Origin: a virus
Taxonomy: Duplodnaviria; Caudoviricetes
Reading direction: 5' to 3' (one strand)
Virus record (IMG/VR): IMGVR_UViG_3300037721_000036
Location: 1-41,075 of that record
DNA length: 41,075 nucleotides
Part shown: positions 1-8,713 of the stretch, piece by piece
How positions within the stretch are numbered: position 1 is the first letter of the stretch
Layout of the letters: every line of letters starts with the position of its first letter
Notes under the pieces: generated by a model
Seen by the model: the letters and a program-made list of their open reading frames with translations, nothing else
Database searches by the model: none
What the model was told of the DNA's origin: nothing
Translations under genes and position numbers: made by a program

Positions 1-127
1 TCGCCGTTGTCCATGAACGCCACCGAGGGGTCGCCTTTCAGATGGTCACCCTTGGTGGCGTCACGCTCGCCGGCCAGCAGCACCGACGACGGATCCTCGC
101 CACGCCCGACGCGCTCGCGCTCCTCGT
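1..127. repeat. Left copy of exact 127-bp terminal overlap (contig circularity)
   Basis: 1-127 (tcgccgttgtccatgaac...gctcctcgt) is identical to 40949-41075, and a minus-strand ORF reads through the junction. Confidence 0.95.
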
Positions 128-416
128 TCTCGATGCGCTCGCGCTCTTCGGCTTCCTTACGCTCCGCGCGCTGACGCGGGGACAGGTCCGACGACGGGTC
201 CTCGCCACGCTCGACGCGCTGGCGCTCCTCTTCCTCGCGCTTGATGTCGTCTTCGGCCCTGACGACGCGGTAGCGCTCCACCAGCGCGGCGTCCTCGTGC
301 GTGAACAGCGCGGTACCGTGTCGGCTCATGGCGTCGTTGTACGCCTCCTCGGACGGCCGGGCGTTGGGCGCGTCCATGGGCGTGATGCTCGGGCCGCTGT
401 CTGTATTCTTCGGCAT
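1..416 (-). CDS. Acidic, charged hypothetical protein (167 aa) spanning the origin; continues 40948..40861
   Basis: Not in the ORF track. ATG at 416 follows an AAGGGGA SD. Translation MPKNTDSGPSITPMDAPNARPSEEAYND...EEEERQRVERGEDPSS...ENEERERVGRGEDPSS...DASSDGNNSSSTGGKHASGHKSHK, stop TAG at 40861-40863; 504 nt in total, in frame across the junction. Confidence 0.8.
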   Translation of the reverse strand, partial: MPKNTDSGPSITPMDAPNARPSEEAYNDAMSRHGTALFTHEDAALVERYRVVRAEDDIKREEEERQRVERGEDPSSDLSPRQRAERKEAEERERIENEERERVGRGEDPSSVLLAGERDATKGDHLKGDPSVAFMDNG

Positions 417-489
417 CGATGTTCCCCTTACGGTCATCGGGCGTGTGTGCAGGACAATTACCCCACACACACGCCCGACACACCAGTCC

Positions 490-945
490 CTACGCGGCGA
501 CGATCGTGGCCCCGGCAGCGATCGGGACATACGTGAGATACCACGTGATGCCGCCGTCCGCACCGGTTGCCGTCACCTGCTCGATGGTGCCGGCAGCGAC
601 GGCCAGCCAGCGCGTGAGCATCGGAGCGATGCCCGGTCCCGTCTCCGGCGTGTCGCCCGTCAGCGCATCGAATGAGATGATGTTGCCCGCAGGCGTGTCG
701 GTGGTCCCCAGGTCGGTGGCCGCGAAAATGTCTTTCGTGGTCCCTGTGGTCGGGTTGGCTTGCAGCTTCACCGTGTTGGCCGCCGTGATGGCCGTCGTAA
801 CCTCGCCGAGAAACGACGTGATGACGCACAGGCCCGAGACGGTGAAGAGGGTCTTCGTCTCCACCACCAGGGGCGTGTACGCCTTGCTGACAGTGGTACC
901 CAGCACGCCCTTGGTGAAGGCGGCACCCTGATTGAGTTGTCCCAT
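490..945 (-). CDS. Putative virion/head-associated protein (151 aa)
   Basis: Thr/Gly/Ala-rich, beta-type composition; GGGGGAGGA SD; co-oriented downstream of the capsid gene. Confidence 0.6.
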   Translation of the reverse strand: MGQLNQGAAFTKGVLGTTVSKAYTPLVVETKTLFTVSGLCVITSFLGEVTTAITAANTVKLQANPTTGTTKDIFAATDLGTTDTPAGNIISFDALTGDTPETGPGIAPMLTRWLAVAAGTIEQVTATGADGGITWYLTYVPIAAGATIVAA

Positions 946-958
946 GTCCTCCCCCGTC

Positions 959-1495
959 CTAGGCGTTCGTCGCGCCCGGGTTCAACAGGTTGCCCAGGTT
1001 GACGGGCGCCCGCTGAACGGCGAGATCATGGAGAAGGTACAGGCACACGCTGAGCTGGGCCGTGCCCGTGGTGACAGCAGCCGTCAGACTCACGTGGGTG
1101 TACCCCGCGTCGAGCTGGGCCGCGTCCACCTCGATAACGATCAGTTTCTGCATCGCCCCGTAGGTCGCGCCGACCACGGTGCACTCCGACGCGAGCGTCT
1201 GGGTGATCTTCACCCACGACTCGTCGTTGTCGAGTGCCGTCTCAGCCTTGATGTAGAAGGCGGTGATCGCGTCCAGGTCGGCCGACGTCCCGCCCGTGTA
1301 CGCGGTGTGCTGCTGTACGTCGAGGACCAGATCGTCAGCGCCACCCGTACCGGTCGCCACGACGAACGTGATCCCGGTCGCATTCTGCAAGCTGATCCGC
1401 TTGCCGGTGGCGGCATTCGACGTGTCCAGATCGACAGGCGCCCAGCCAAGCCCGATGTCGAACAGTCTTCCGAGTGCGTCCATAGTGGACTCCAT
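959..1495 (-). CDS. Putative head decoration/structural protein (172-178 aa)
   Basis: First gene after the major capsid gene, coding-like sequence; function inferred from position only. Confidence 0.6.
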   Translation of the reverse strand: MESTMDALGRLFDIGLGWAPVDLDTSNAATGKRISLQNATGITFVVATGTGGADDLVLDVQQHTAYTGGTSADLDAITAFYIKAETALDNDESWVKITQTLASECTVVGATYGAMQKLIVIEVDAAQLDAGYTHVSLTAAVTTGTAQLSVCLYLLHDLAVQRAPVNLGNLLNPGATNA

Positions 1496-1632
1496 CTCCC
1501 CGGTGGGGGGTTGATTGCCCGCCGGGCTCTGCCTACTCCCCGGACGATCCGGGGTACGGCTTTACGTGGTTCGCGCGTGTGGCCCGGCTCGAACGGGCAA
1601 CCGGCCTGACGACCGGGCACAGGCGCCGCACA

Positions 1633-3102
1633 CTAGGCGCGGACGGCGAGCTGAACGAACGGGCTCAGCGATGCGCTGTTGTTCTTCGGCGTGATGGCGG
1701 ACTGGATCCACGGCCGGCCGTCGACGCGCTGGATCACGCGGTACGCGGTCAGGTCGTTACCGAACTTGTAGTGCGAGCTGGACTCGGCCGTCATGGTCTG
1801 CCGGTCCCCGATGAGGTACATGCCGGGGTCGACAAACGACAGGTCGCCCTGCGAGCCGACCACGCCGGGCGCCTTTTCCGTCATGATGACCGGGCGGCCA
1901 AGCAGGGTCAGTTGCGGCGCGTTGTGCGCGTCGGTCAGCCACACCGCCGACCCACCGGTACCCACGGCAAGAGCCATGGTGGCAAGCTCGCTGAACACGT
2001 CCGGCGAGGCCAGCCAGATAGCGCGGCCCAGGCTGGAGGGCAACATCCGGGAGTACATCTCGATGACGTTCTCCCACACGACGGTGGCCGCCGTCTGGCC
2101 GGCCTCCTTCGCGATGGTGATCAGTGCGGCGTTCGTGGTCGACAGGATACCGAGCGGCTCGCCCACCCCGGACCCCGAGATGAACGCAAGGTCCTCGTAC
2201 CAGGCGACGGCCTCGGGGAAGATCTCGTCCAGGAACGTGCCGAGGCCGCCCCAGTCGTTCACGAGCTCGTTGGGAACCTCGGCGTACGCCGTCAGCTTCT
2301 TGGCCTCCAGAGTGACCCGCCCGAAGGTGGCCTGCGAGGCGGTGAGTGCCGCGCCTTCGGCCGTCCAGTACGCGACCACGCCACCGAAGACGCTCGACAC
2401 GTTGCTACTGCTGTCCAGCGTCGGGAAGCTGAGGCGGAGCGAGCCCATCGGCACGACGCGGGCACGCGGGCGCATGATGGCCGTCGCCAGCGAGACGCGC
2501 AGGATCTCGGAGCGAATCTCCTCGGGCACGAGGAAACCACCCTCGGAGGGGATCTTCTCCGACCAGTTGCGGACCTTCGTGAAGCGCTCGCGCGCCTCCT
2601 TGGTCACATGGCCGTTGGTCACGTTGTGCGGCGCGATGTCCTGGAAGAAGGTTGCCTTGTCCTGGTACACGCCATTGCCGACGACCCCGACCGCGTGCGG
2701 ACTGTTGAGCTTGTTCACCTTGTCCCACGCGGCGGTACCCGGCGCGGTGGTCGGATCACCCAGGTCCAGGCGCGGCAGGTCCACCTGGTTGTCTTTCAGC
2801 CACTGGGTCAGCGTCTTGTTCGTCTCGTCACGCACCTGCGCGAGGATGCCCGGATCGGCCGCCGCCCGCTTGGCCGCGTACGCCTTGATGAATTCCGGGA
2901 ACGTCCCGTCCTGGATACGGGCCATGACCTTGGTCGCATCGTTCAGTTCGTTTTCCAGGCCCTCGGTCGTGTCCGGGATCTGGGCGGACGGGACGTCCAA
3001 CTCCTTGGGCGGCGCCGCGCGGTTGACGACCGGGCCGCCATGGGTCTGCATGTGGTGGGTCAGCGCGCGACGCTGCCAACCGGGAAGGTGAGAAGTGTTC
3101 AC
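1633..3102 (-). CDS. Major capsid protein, HK97 fold
   Basis: SEGGFLVPEEIRSEIL, YWTAEG, FGRVTLEAKKL, LLGRPV and RVDGRPW are typical of HK97-family capsids. GTG at 3102 overlaps the upstream TGA (GTGA). Confidence 0.95.
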   Translation of the reverse strand: MNTSHLPGWQRRALTHHMQTHGGPVVNRAAPPKELDVPSAQIPDTTEGLENELNDATKVMARIQDGTFPEFIKAYAAKRAAADPGILAQVRDETNKTLTQWLKDNQVDLPRLDLGDPTTAPGTAAWDKVNKLNSPHAVGVVGNGVYQDKATFFQDIAPHNVTNGHVTKEARERFTKVRNWSEKIPSEGGFLVPEEIRSEILRVSLATAIMRPRARVVPMGSLRLSFPTLDSSSNVSSVFGGVVAYWTAEGAALTASQATFGRVTLEAKKLTAYAEVPNELVNDWGGLGTFLDEIFPEAVAWYEDLAFISGSGVGEPLGILSTTNAALITIAKEAGQTAATVVWENVIEMYSRMLPSSLGRAIWLASPDVFSELATMALAVGTGGSAVWLTDAHNAPQLTLLGRPVIMTEKAPGVVGSQGDLSFVDPGMYLIGDRQTMTAESSSHYKFGNDLTAYRVIQRVDGRPWIQSAITPKNNSASLSPFVQLAVRA

Positions 3103-4583
3103 CTGAACGCTCCTTTCAGGGCGTCGCGTACTGCCTTCGGGTCCCATCCGGCCATCGGGTCGGCGGGAAACTTGTCTTCCGGTTCGTCGGCCGGCTCCGG
3201 GGGTGTCCGGCCGACGCCGATCTCATCCACCAGTCCGGCTGTGAGTGCGGCTTCGGCGGTGTACCACGTGCCGGCACCAGCGTCTACCTGCATCCGCTCA
3301 CGCCATTCGGTGGCCGTGCCTCCGGCCCGCTCGGCGTAGATGCTGGCGATGTTGTCGGACAGATCGTCGAGCAACTCGGCCATGGCACGCATGTCGCCCG
3401 CATTGCCCCAGGAGATGCCGGAAGCGTCATGGATCATCATACGAGCGGTACGGGCCATCGTGATGCGATGGCCGGCCATGGCGATGAAGCTCGCGGCGCT
3501 GGCGGCCAGGCCGTCGACGTACACGGCGACGTCACCGGGGTGGGTCAACAGCGCGTTGTAGATGGCGATCGCATCGAAGACCTGCCCACCCTCGCTGTTG
3601 ATCCGAACGTCGATGTCGACCGGCCCGAGGGCGCGAAGATCGGTCACGAACTGAGCGGCGGTGATCCCCCACCAGTCCGAGATCGCCTCATAGATGAGGA
3701 TCTCGGGACGGTGGTCGCCGCCATGGTTCGTGATCTTGTACCACGGGTCGGTCTGACCGACCAGCTTCTCCGCCTTGTCGAGCGGGGGTGTCAGCGCCTT
3801 GATCTGGCCGGCGAGCGCCGTGAGCTTGCGGACATTGGGCACGGCGTCACTCTCCTTGTCGATCTTCGGGCGGTAGGTCCCCCGACAGCGTAGGCCACCC
3901 TTGCAGCGGTAATAGCCACCGTTCGGGTAGGCGAAGCGGGCAATAGCCAGCGTGGCGTACACGGTGCCGTGCACATCCCCGCACGGCTCGCACGTATTCG
4001 AGTCGAGCGCCTCATCGGCTACCCACTGCATGTCGTCGGGCGCGCGCTGAAAGGTGGCGTGACGGCCTTCGCTGTTCGCAGCCCAGAGAGCGCCGCCCAG
4101 CTCGGCCCGCGTACCGGCATCGGTGAAGGTGGCGAGGTACTCGACCAGGCGCTCAGCGACCTCGACGGCGGCCATGCCGGGGGCGGCCAGGCGCCAGGCG
4201 GCACGCGCGGCCGCCAGCGCCAGCGCGGCCGCGAGCAGCGTGGCGGTCACCCCGGCGATGACAGCCACGTCGCCCGCGTAGTCCTCCTCGGGCGCCGGCT
4301 CGATACCGTCCAGCTCGCTGGCGGCCTCCACGGCCCCGGCCGCCGCCTGTGCGTCCAGCGCGGTGGTGATGAGCGCGGCCGCCGTGGACGAGTCGAGGGT
4401 GAGCGTGGCCAGATCCTCGGCGTCGAGCCTGCCGGTCTCCGAGCGAATCAGCGCCCGGACCTGACTGGCCAGATCCTCGCGCCAGCCCTGCGTGACGGCG
4501 GCCATGTCGGCCGTGAGCGCGTCGAGCCGCTCGTTCAGCGCCTCAAGATGGGCGAGCTGGGCCGGTGTCGCGCTACGCGCCAT
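3099..4583 (-). CDS. Fusion of MuF-like minor head domain (N-term) and ClpP-type prohead protease (C-term)
   Basis: C-half has INSEGG, VDGLAASAASFIAMAG, MMIHDAS and WYTAEAALTAGLVDEI (S14/ClpP motifs). N-half ends in the MuF-like Cys motif LDSNTCEPC...YYRCKGGLRCRGT. Confidence 0.85.
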   Translation of the reverse strand: MARSATPAQLAHLEALNERLDALTADMAAVTQGWREDLASQVRALIRSETGRLDAEDLATLTLDSSTAAALITTALDAQAAAGAVEAASELDGIEPAPEEDYAGDVAVIAGVTATLLAAALALAAARAAWRLAAPGMAAVEVAERLVEYLATFTDAGTRAELGGALWAANSEGRHATFQRAPDDMQWVADEALDSNTCEPCGDVHGTVYATLAIARFAYPNGGYYRCKGGLRCRGTYRPKIDKESDAVPNVRKLTALAGQIKALTPPLDKAEKLVGQTDPWYKITNHGGDHRPEILIYEAISDWWGITAAQFVTDLRALGPVDIDVRINSEGGQVFDAIAIYNALLTHPGDVAVYVDGLAASAASFIAMAGHRITMARTARMMIHDASGISWGNAGDMRAMAELLDDLSDNIASIYAERAGGTATEWRERMQVDAGAGTWYTAEAALTAGLVDEIGVGRTPPEPADEPEDKFPADPMAGWDPKAVRDALKGAFR

Positions 4584-4761
4584 CGTCGGCGCCAGGGTCA
4601 GGGTCGCGGGTCAACCGGCCACAGAACACGCACGGCCCGCTGTTCGGGTGCCCATGGGCACAGGTGGCTTTCGCCAGGCTGACGAATTCACGGGCGACAG
4701 CGTGCGTCACCAGGGCGTGAGCCTGGTCATCGGACAACACGGCGCGCAGGCGGCGCCTCAT
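4573..4761 (-). CDS. Small hypothetical protein with Cys/His motif (62 aa)
   Basis: ATGA-coupled to the portal stop; CAHGH...CVFC. Confidence 0.5.
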   Translation of the reverse strand: MRRRLRAVLSDDQAHALVTHAVAREFVSLAKATCAHGHPNSGPCVFCGRLTRDPDPGADDGA

Positions 4762-5987
4762 CCCGGTACCCCCTCAGGCTCGGGCTGCGCGGTGGTCACG
4801 ACGCGCTGGCGCATCGGTGGCAGGCCCACCACGACGGCAGCGTCCTCCGGCTCCACGCCAGCCGCGACCAGGGTCGCGAACGCCGATGCCTTGCTGGCGC
4901 GCTCCTTGTCGTCAGCTTCCCGGTCGGCCGGCACGGGGGAGGCGTAGTCCCACTCCATGCGCCGCTCGGTGCCCTTACCCCACATCGGCAACAGGTCGTT
5001 GTTCAGCGCCGCCTTGATGCGCTCCAGGCGCGGCACGATCAGCCAGTTCGCATGGATCACGGACATGGCCTCAGCCGTCGCCCGGTTGACATCGGACACG
5101 CTACCCAGCAGCGGCTTCGGGTAGCGGTACGCCTCGCGGATGGTCTCGCCACTGAGCGCGCGCAGCTCGGCGAACTGCATGTCGCGCATGTTGAATCCGA
5201 CCTGTTGGTACTTGCCGTGCTCCAGGAACGCGACGCGGTGTGACGCGCTCACGCCCCGGTGGGATTCGTTCCAGCGCGCCACAAGCTGATTGAATTCGCG
5301 ATCCTGGAGTGACGTGGGGATCTCCACCACGCCACCCGGACGGGCAGAGTTGACGAAGAAGTTGCGATTCCACTCAGCCGAATAGCGGGCCGAATCCAAG
5401 TCGGTCAGCAGTGCCTGAACGGGGCCCATGCCCCGGTAGATATCGGCCGGATTGGGCATCCGGATGAATATGACCTCATCAACTTTCAGCGGAATCTTTT
5501 CGCCATCGGGCGACGTATAGACGTAACCCGATATGAACTTGGTCGGATGCTTGACCGGGGCCATCCGGTCCGGGCGTACCGGCCATAGTTCATAGGGCAG
5601 GCCGCCCAGCCTGCCCACCACCCACCAGCACTCGCCGACCAGGTCCAGATGCTGCTGGACCGTCTCCACGAATTCCTGACGGGTAAAGAAGTCATTGGGC
5701 TTACCCCACACGATCTCGCTCGCGTGCGACATGCGGGTACGTTCGGCTTCCGGATCAGCGGGCCGGTCGTATAGGTGCCAATCAACCTGTGCCGTGGCCG
5801 TGGCCAGCCCACCCACGATCGCGAACAGCGTCCCGTTCACGCCCATCGTGTCCAGTGCCTTGACGTCCACCCCGCCATCGTGGCCACCGAACAGGCTGCC
5901 GGCGCGACGGCTCGACGCGAGCGGCACCGGGGACGTGTTGACGAGGGTCGACAGTGCCCGGCCGAGTGCGCCCAGCGGGGAGCGCAT
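4758..5987 (-). CDS. Portal protein, HK97 family
   Basis: LWPVRPDRM, EVIFIRMPNP..YRGMGPV, NFFVNSARPGG and DMQFAELR motifs; lies between terminase and protease. Confidence 0.93.
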   Translation of the reverse strand: MRSPLGALGRALSTLVNTSPVPLASSRRAGSLFGGHDGGVDVKALDTMGVNGTLFAIVGGLATATAQVDWHLYDRPADPEAERTRMSHASEIVWGKPNDFFTRQEFVETVQQHLDLVGECWWVVGRLGGLPYELWPVRPDRMAPVKHPTKFISGYVYTSPDGEKIPLKVDEVIFIRMPNPADIYRGMGPVQALLTDLDSARYSAEWNRNFFVNSARPGGVVEIPTSLQDREFNQLVARWNESHRGVSASHRVAFLEHGKYQQVGFNMRDMQFAELRALSGETIREAYRYPKPLLGSVSDVNRATAEAMSVIHANWLIVPRLERIKAALNNDLLPMWGKGTERRMEWDYASPVPADREADDKERASKASAFATLVAAGVEPEDAAVVVGLPPMRQRVVTTAQPEPEGVPG

Positions 5988-6295
5988 CAGTCACCACTAC
6001 CGGACAGGCGTTCCAGCACGAGCAGGGACAGCCCGGTGACCACCAGGCCCAGGATGCGATGCGCGTCGAACGCGGCCACGTCCATGCAGGCGAAGCCCGC
6101 CACGGTGAGCACCGGACGGCGGGCACGGGCAAGCTGACCGGGCACGGCCCGGCGGGTACGGGCGGCCCGGCGGGCGAGCAGGGTCAGCGCCACGGTGAGC
6201 GCGGCGAGCACGCGGGAGGGCCGACGCTCGGCGCGCTCAACCGGGCGGACGGCGGACGCGCCGCCCAGCAGCTCCCACGTTGTCAATCCGACCAC
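5987..6295 (-). CDS. Small membrane protein between terminase and portal
   Basis: Two C-terminal hydrophobic segments; coupled to the portal start (TGATG). Confidence 0.6.
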   Translation of the reverse strand: MVGLTTWELLGGASAVRPVERAERRPSRVLAALTVALTLLARRAARTRRAVPGQLARARRPVLTVAGFACMDVAAFDAHRILGLVVTGLSLLVLERLSGSGD

Positions 6296-7614
6296 CTCAC
6301 CCGTACGCGTACCCCGTGGTCAGCGTCCATGACAAGGTAGCGCATGGCGTCGCAACCGTGGTCATCCTCTTTCAGCGGTGTCTCGCGTGGCGCGCCGAGG
6401 GCTCGCGGGTCCCAGACATACCCGGGGATCTCGGCCGCCGTATCGGTGGGCTTGTCGTGGGTGGCCAGCTCAGAATCCGGCGCGTGGGTTCTCGCCCCCT
6501 CCATGACATACAACCGGGGTCGGCTATCGCCGGCTCGCCTCAGACGCGTGGCGACGGCCTCCAGACCGACGCTGACGCGCTTGTCGGCCGGACGGGTAGG
6601 CAGACCCAGGTGCCGCTCCAGGGTGGCCCTGTCTTCGGCGTCGTGGTCGCACACGATCGTCTGTGGGATCGGCTCACGCCACGTGCCGTCGTCGTGCTGA
6701 ACCTCGGCGAGTACGGCGCGTGCGTGGTCCTCGACCAGGCGCCTGGACAGATAACGCTCCGCGTACAGGTACGCCCGGCCGTCCGGATCGAACGCCCAGC
6801 GTTGCAGCACGAACGGGTTCGTGTAGCCGAAGTCGACCGACCACACCCGACGCCAGTCGGCCGGCGGCACGAACCGGGGCACGATGTGCACATCCTCGTC
6901 CCAGTCTTCGAGAATCACTCCTTCGGCCGCCACCCACAGGCCGTCACGCAGACGCTTACGGCGCACTCCGGTGAGCGCGTCGAGCTGGGCCATGTACTGC
7001 TCTCCGCGTTCGGTGAGCGTGCCGTCGTCGGCATACAGGCGTGGATTGTCGTGGTGGCGGCTGTGCAGCATCAGCGTGACACCCGCCTCGGCGCGACGCT
7101 TGAGCCAGTGCTGACGGCTCGACGGGTTGCAGTCGGCCAGCAGTTGCTGGTACGGCATGACCCAGGAGCGCAAGCGCGTCGTGCAGGCTTCCCAGCCGTC
7201 GAGCGCAAGCTCTGTCGCCTCCTGGACGTAGATCATGTCGTACTCCGTTGACATGATCTTGGACGGCTTGTCCATTCCACCGATGGCGATAGCCGACCCG
7301 TTGGAGTACCGATACTGCGGAGGCTCCTCGGCGCTGCCGCCGTAGAAGTCCATCAGGCCCCGGCCGAAATGGTCGGCCGCCACATCCCGACGCCACGTGC
7401 GCAGCGCGCTGGCGCCCAGGCTCGCCAGGGTCTGGCGCACGATCAGCCCGCGCATGCCGGGATACTTGAGCGCCACCGTGTGCAGCTTCTCCAGTGCCCC
7501 CCGGCTCTTGCCGGTACCGGCAGGCCCTGCCAGCACCACCTCTGTGTCGCGGGCGTGGAACGCGTCAAGCGCCGCACCCCTCGGCGTGAACCGGTGAATG
7601 CGGCGCCTGGTCAT
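6283..7614 (-). CDS. terL: Terminase large subunit (PBSX-like)
   Basis: Walker A GPAGTGKS, Walker B-like IYVQEATE, DCNP, nuclease motifs VDFGYTNP and DDHGCDAMRY. Confidence 0.95.
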   Translation of the reverse strand: MTRRRIHRFTPRGAALDAFHARDTEVVLAGPAGTGKSRGALEKLHTVALKYPGMRGLIVRQTLASLGASALRTWRRDVAADHFGRGLMDFYGGSAEEPPQYRYSNGSAIAIGGMDKPSKIMSTEYDMIYVQEATELALDGWEACTTRLRSWVMPYQQLLADCNPSSRQHWLKRRAEAGVTLMLHSRHHDNPRLYADDGTLTERGEQYMAQLDALTGVRRKRLRDGLWVAAEGVILEDWDEDVHIVPRFVPPADWRRVWSVDFGYTNPFVLQRWAFDPDGRAYLYAERYLSRRLVEDHARAVLAEVQHDDGTWREPIPQTIVCDHDAEDRATLERHLGLPTRPADKRVSVGLEAVATRLRRAGDSRPRLYVMEGARTHAPDSELATHDKPTDTAAEIPGYVWDPRALGAPRETPLKEDDHGCDAMRYLVMDADHGVRVRVRWSD

Positions 7615-7654
7615 GCGTGCAGGCTAGCCGACCAGCCTGCCGTGATCCGTACCG

Positions 7655-7743
7655 TGGACCTGGCGGGACTCGAACCCGCATTCTCCCCACCGGATAGGCC
7701 GGCACCCCGAGGCGCTCTACCGAGGAATCGCAGGGACCGGCCC
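7655..7743 (-). ncRNA. Degenerate tRNA-like element upstream of terL
   Basis: Perfect T-arm GCGGG-TTCGAGT-CCCGC followed by CAGGTCC-A, pairing with 5' GGGCCGG (1 mismatch, 1 GU). D-loop-like CTCGGTAGAGC. No canonical anticodon arm. Confidence 0.45.
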
Positions 7744-7803
7744 ATGCATTGACCGGTCCCATCCCATTGAGCCACAGGCCCATGCCTGACTAGCGGTCAG
7801 GCG

Positions 7804-8025
7804 TCACTCGCAGACATCCCATTCGGATGCGGGAACGATGCGTCCCGGCGAGTCCGACTGCGTGTGTTCGATGATCACAATCGGGTCGGCCGCCCAGATG
7901 TGGCGCGCGTCCAGGTAGTCGCGGACGTCCGCGAGCGTGCCCCGTACGAGATCGTCCTGGTGGTAACGAGCGCCGCCGGGGATCATCTCGGTGTACTGGA
8001 CCCGGTACCTTGCTGTCTCACTCAT
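7804..8025 (-). CDS. Hypothetical protein (73 aa), probably leaderless, own promoter
   Basis: ATG lies 6 nt after a TAGGCT -10 box. Confidence 0.7.
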   Translation of the reverse strand: MSETARYRVQYTEMIPGGARYHQDDLVRGTLADVRDYLDARHIWAADPIVIIEHTQSDSPGRIVPASEWDVCE

Positions 8026-8031
8026 ACCCTT

Positions 8032-8060
8032 AGCCTAACAGGTACCTGTTAGACATGCAA
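8032..8060 (-). promoter_or_regulatory. Repeated promoter with perfect palindromic operator
   Basis: TTGCAT-N17-TAGGCT containing CTAACAGGTACCTGTTAG (8035-8052). Confidence 0.85.
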
Positions 8061-8066
8061 CTACGG

Positions 8067-8444
8067 TCAGGCGTACATGTTGGTGGAGGCGTTGACCCCG
8101 ATGATGCTCATGGGCGCCAGCGTCGGCACCAGGCGGGCACTGGCCGCCCGTGCGATCTCAGCATCCACCATGCCCTGGGTGATGACCGCACCGTCCACGC
8201 ACACCCGAACGACGGCACACGCGGAGTTGGCCACCTCCATGTACGCCATGTCGCGACGCACCTGGCCGGCCCGCTCGGGCGTGGCCATGGCCAGCTCGTC
8301 AGCCACCCGGCTGTACAGGTTGCCGCTGTACGGGGAGCGGACCATGTAGACCGTCTCGTCCTCGTAGCGCTCGATGCTCTCGACCACGCCGGACATGGAG
8401 AACTCCTGCGGGTCGATCACTACGACGTCTGCAACCTTGAACAT
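8067..8444 (-). CDS. Hypothetical protein (125 aa), own promoter
   Basis: CGAGGGAG SD, downstream of the repeated promoter. Confidence 0.75.
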   Translation of the reverse strand: MFKVADVVVIDPQEFSMSGVVESIERYEDETVYMVRSPYSGNLYSRVADELAMATPERAGQVRRDMAYMEVANSACAVVRVCVDGAVITQGMVDAEIARAASARLVPTLAPMSIIGVNASTNMYA

Positions 8445-8473
8445 GTCCGGCTCCCTCGACTGGGTGAGCCCTT

Positions 8474-8502
8474 AGCCTAACAGGTATCTGTCAGGGCTGC
8501 AA
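8474..8502 (-). promoter_or_regulatory. Repeated promoter/operator
   Basis: TTGCAG-N17-TAGGCT with CTGACAGATACCTGTTAG. Confidence 0.85.
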
Positions 8503-8503
8503 G

Positions 8504-8713
8504 CTACGGACCCACCCCGATACGCATCGGCAACGGCGGACCGCCACCGGGCACGAAATCGCACCACGTGCACCAGCGAATCCGGTACGGCGGACCAGCC
8601 CCCCGCGCACGCTGCCGACCGGCTTCGTGATGCACCACGCGTACCCGCCGCTCACCACACGTCCCGCACAGGCCCGGCAGGCCCGACTCGTGTACCGCGA
8701 CCGGGATGATCAC
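8504..8713 (-). CDS. Small Zn-finger-like protein (69 aa)
   Basis: CGTC...CTWC; GTGA overlap with the upstream gene. Confidence 0.55.
   Translation of the reverse strand: MIIPVAVHESGLPGLCGTCGERRVRVVHHEAGRQRARGAGPPYRIRWCTWCDFVPGGGPPLPMRIGVGP

Noticed and set aside
1-127. Biological direct terminal repeat
   Set aside because: The exact 127-bp length matches a common assembler k-mer and falls mid-gene, so it is best read as an assembly overlap.
7655-7680. attP site (tRNA or tmRNA 3' end copy)
   Set aside because: No integrase was recognised in the genome, and a matching 5' stem is present, which favours an RNA structure. It cannot be fully excluded without host sequence.
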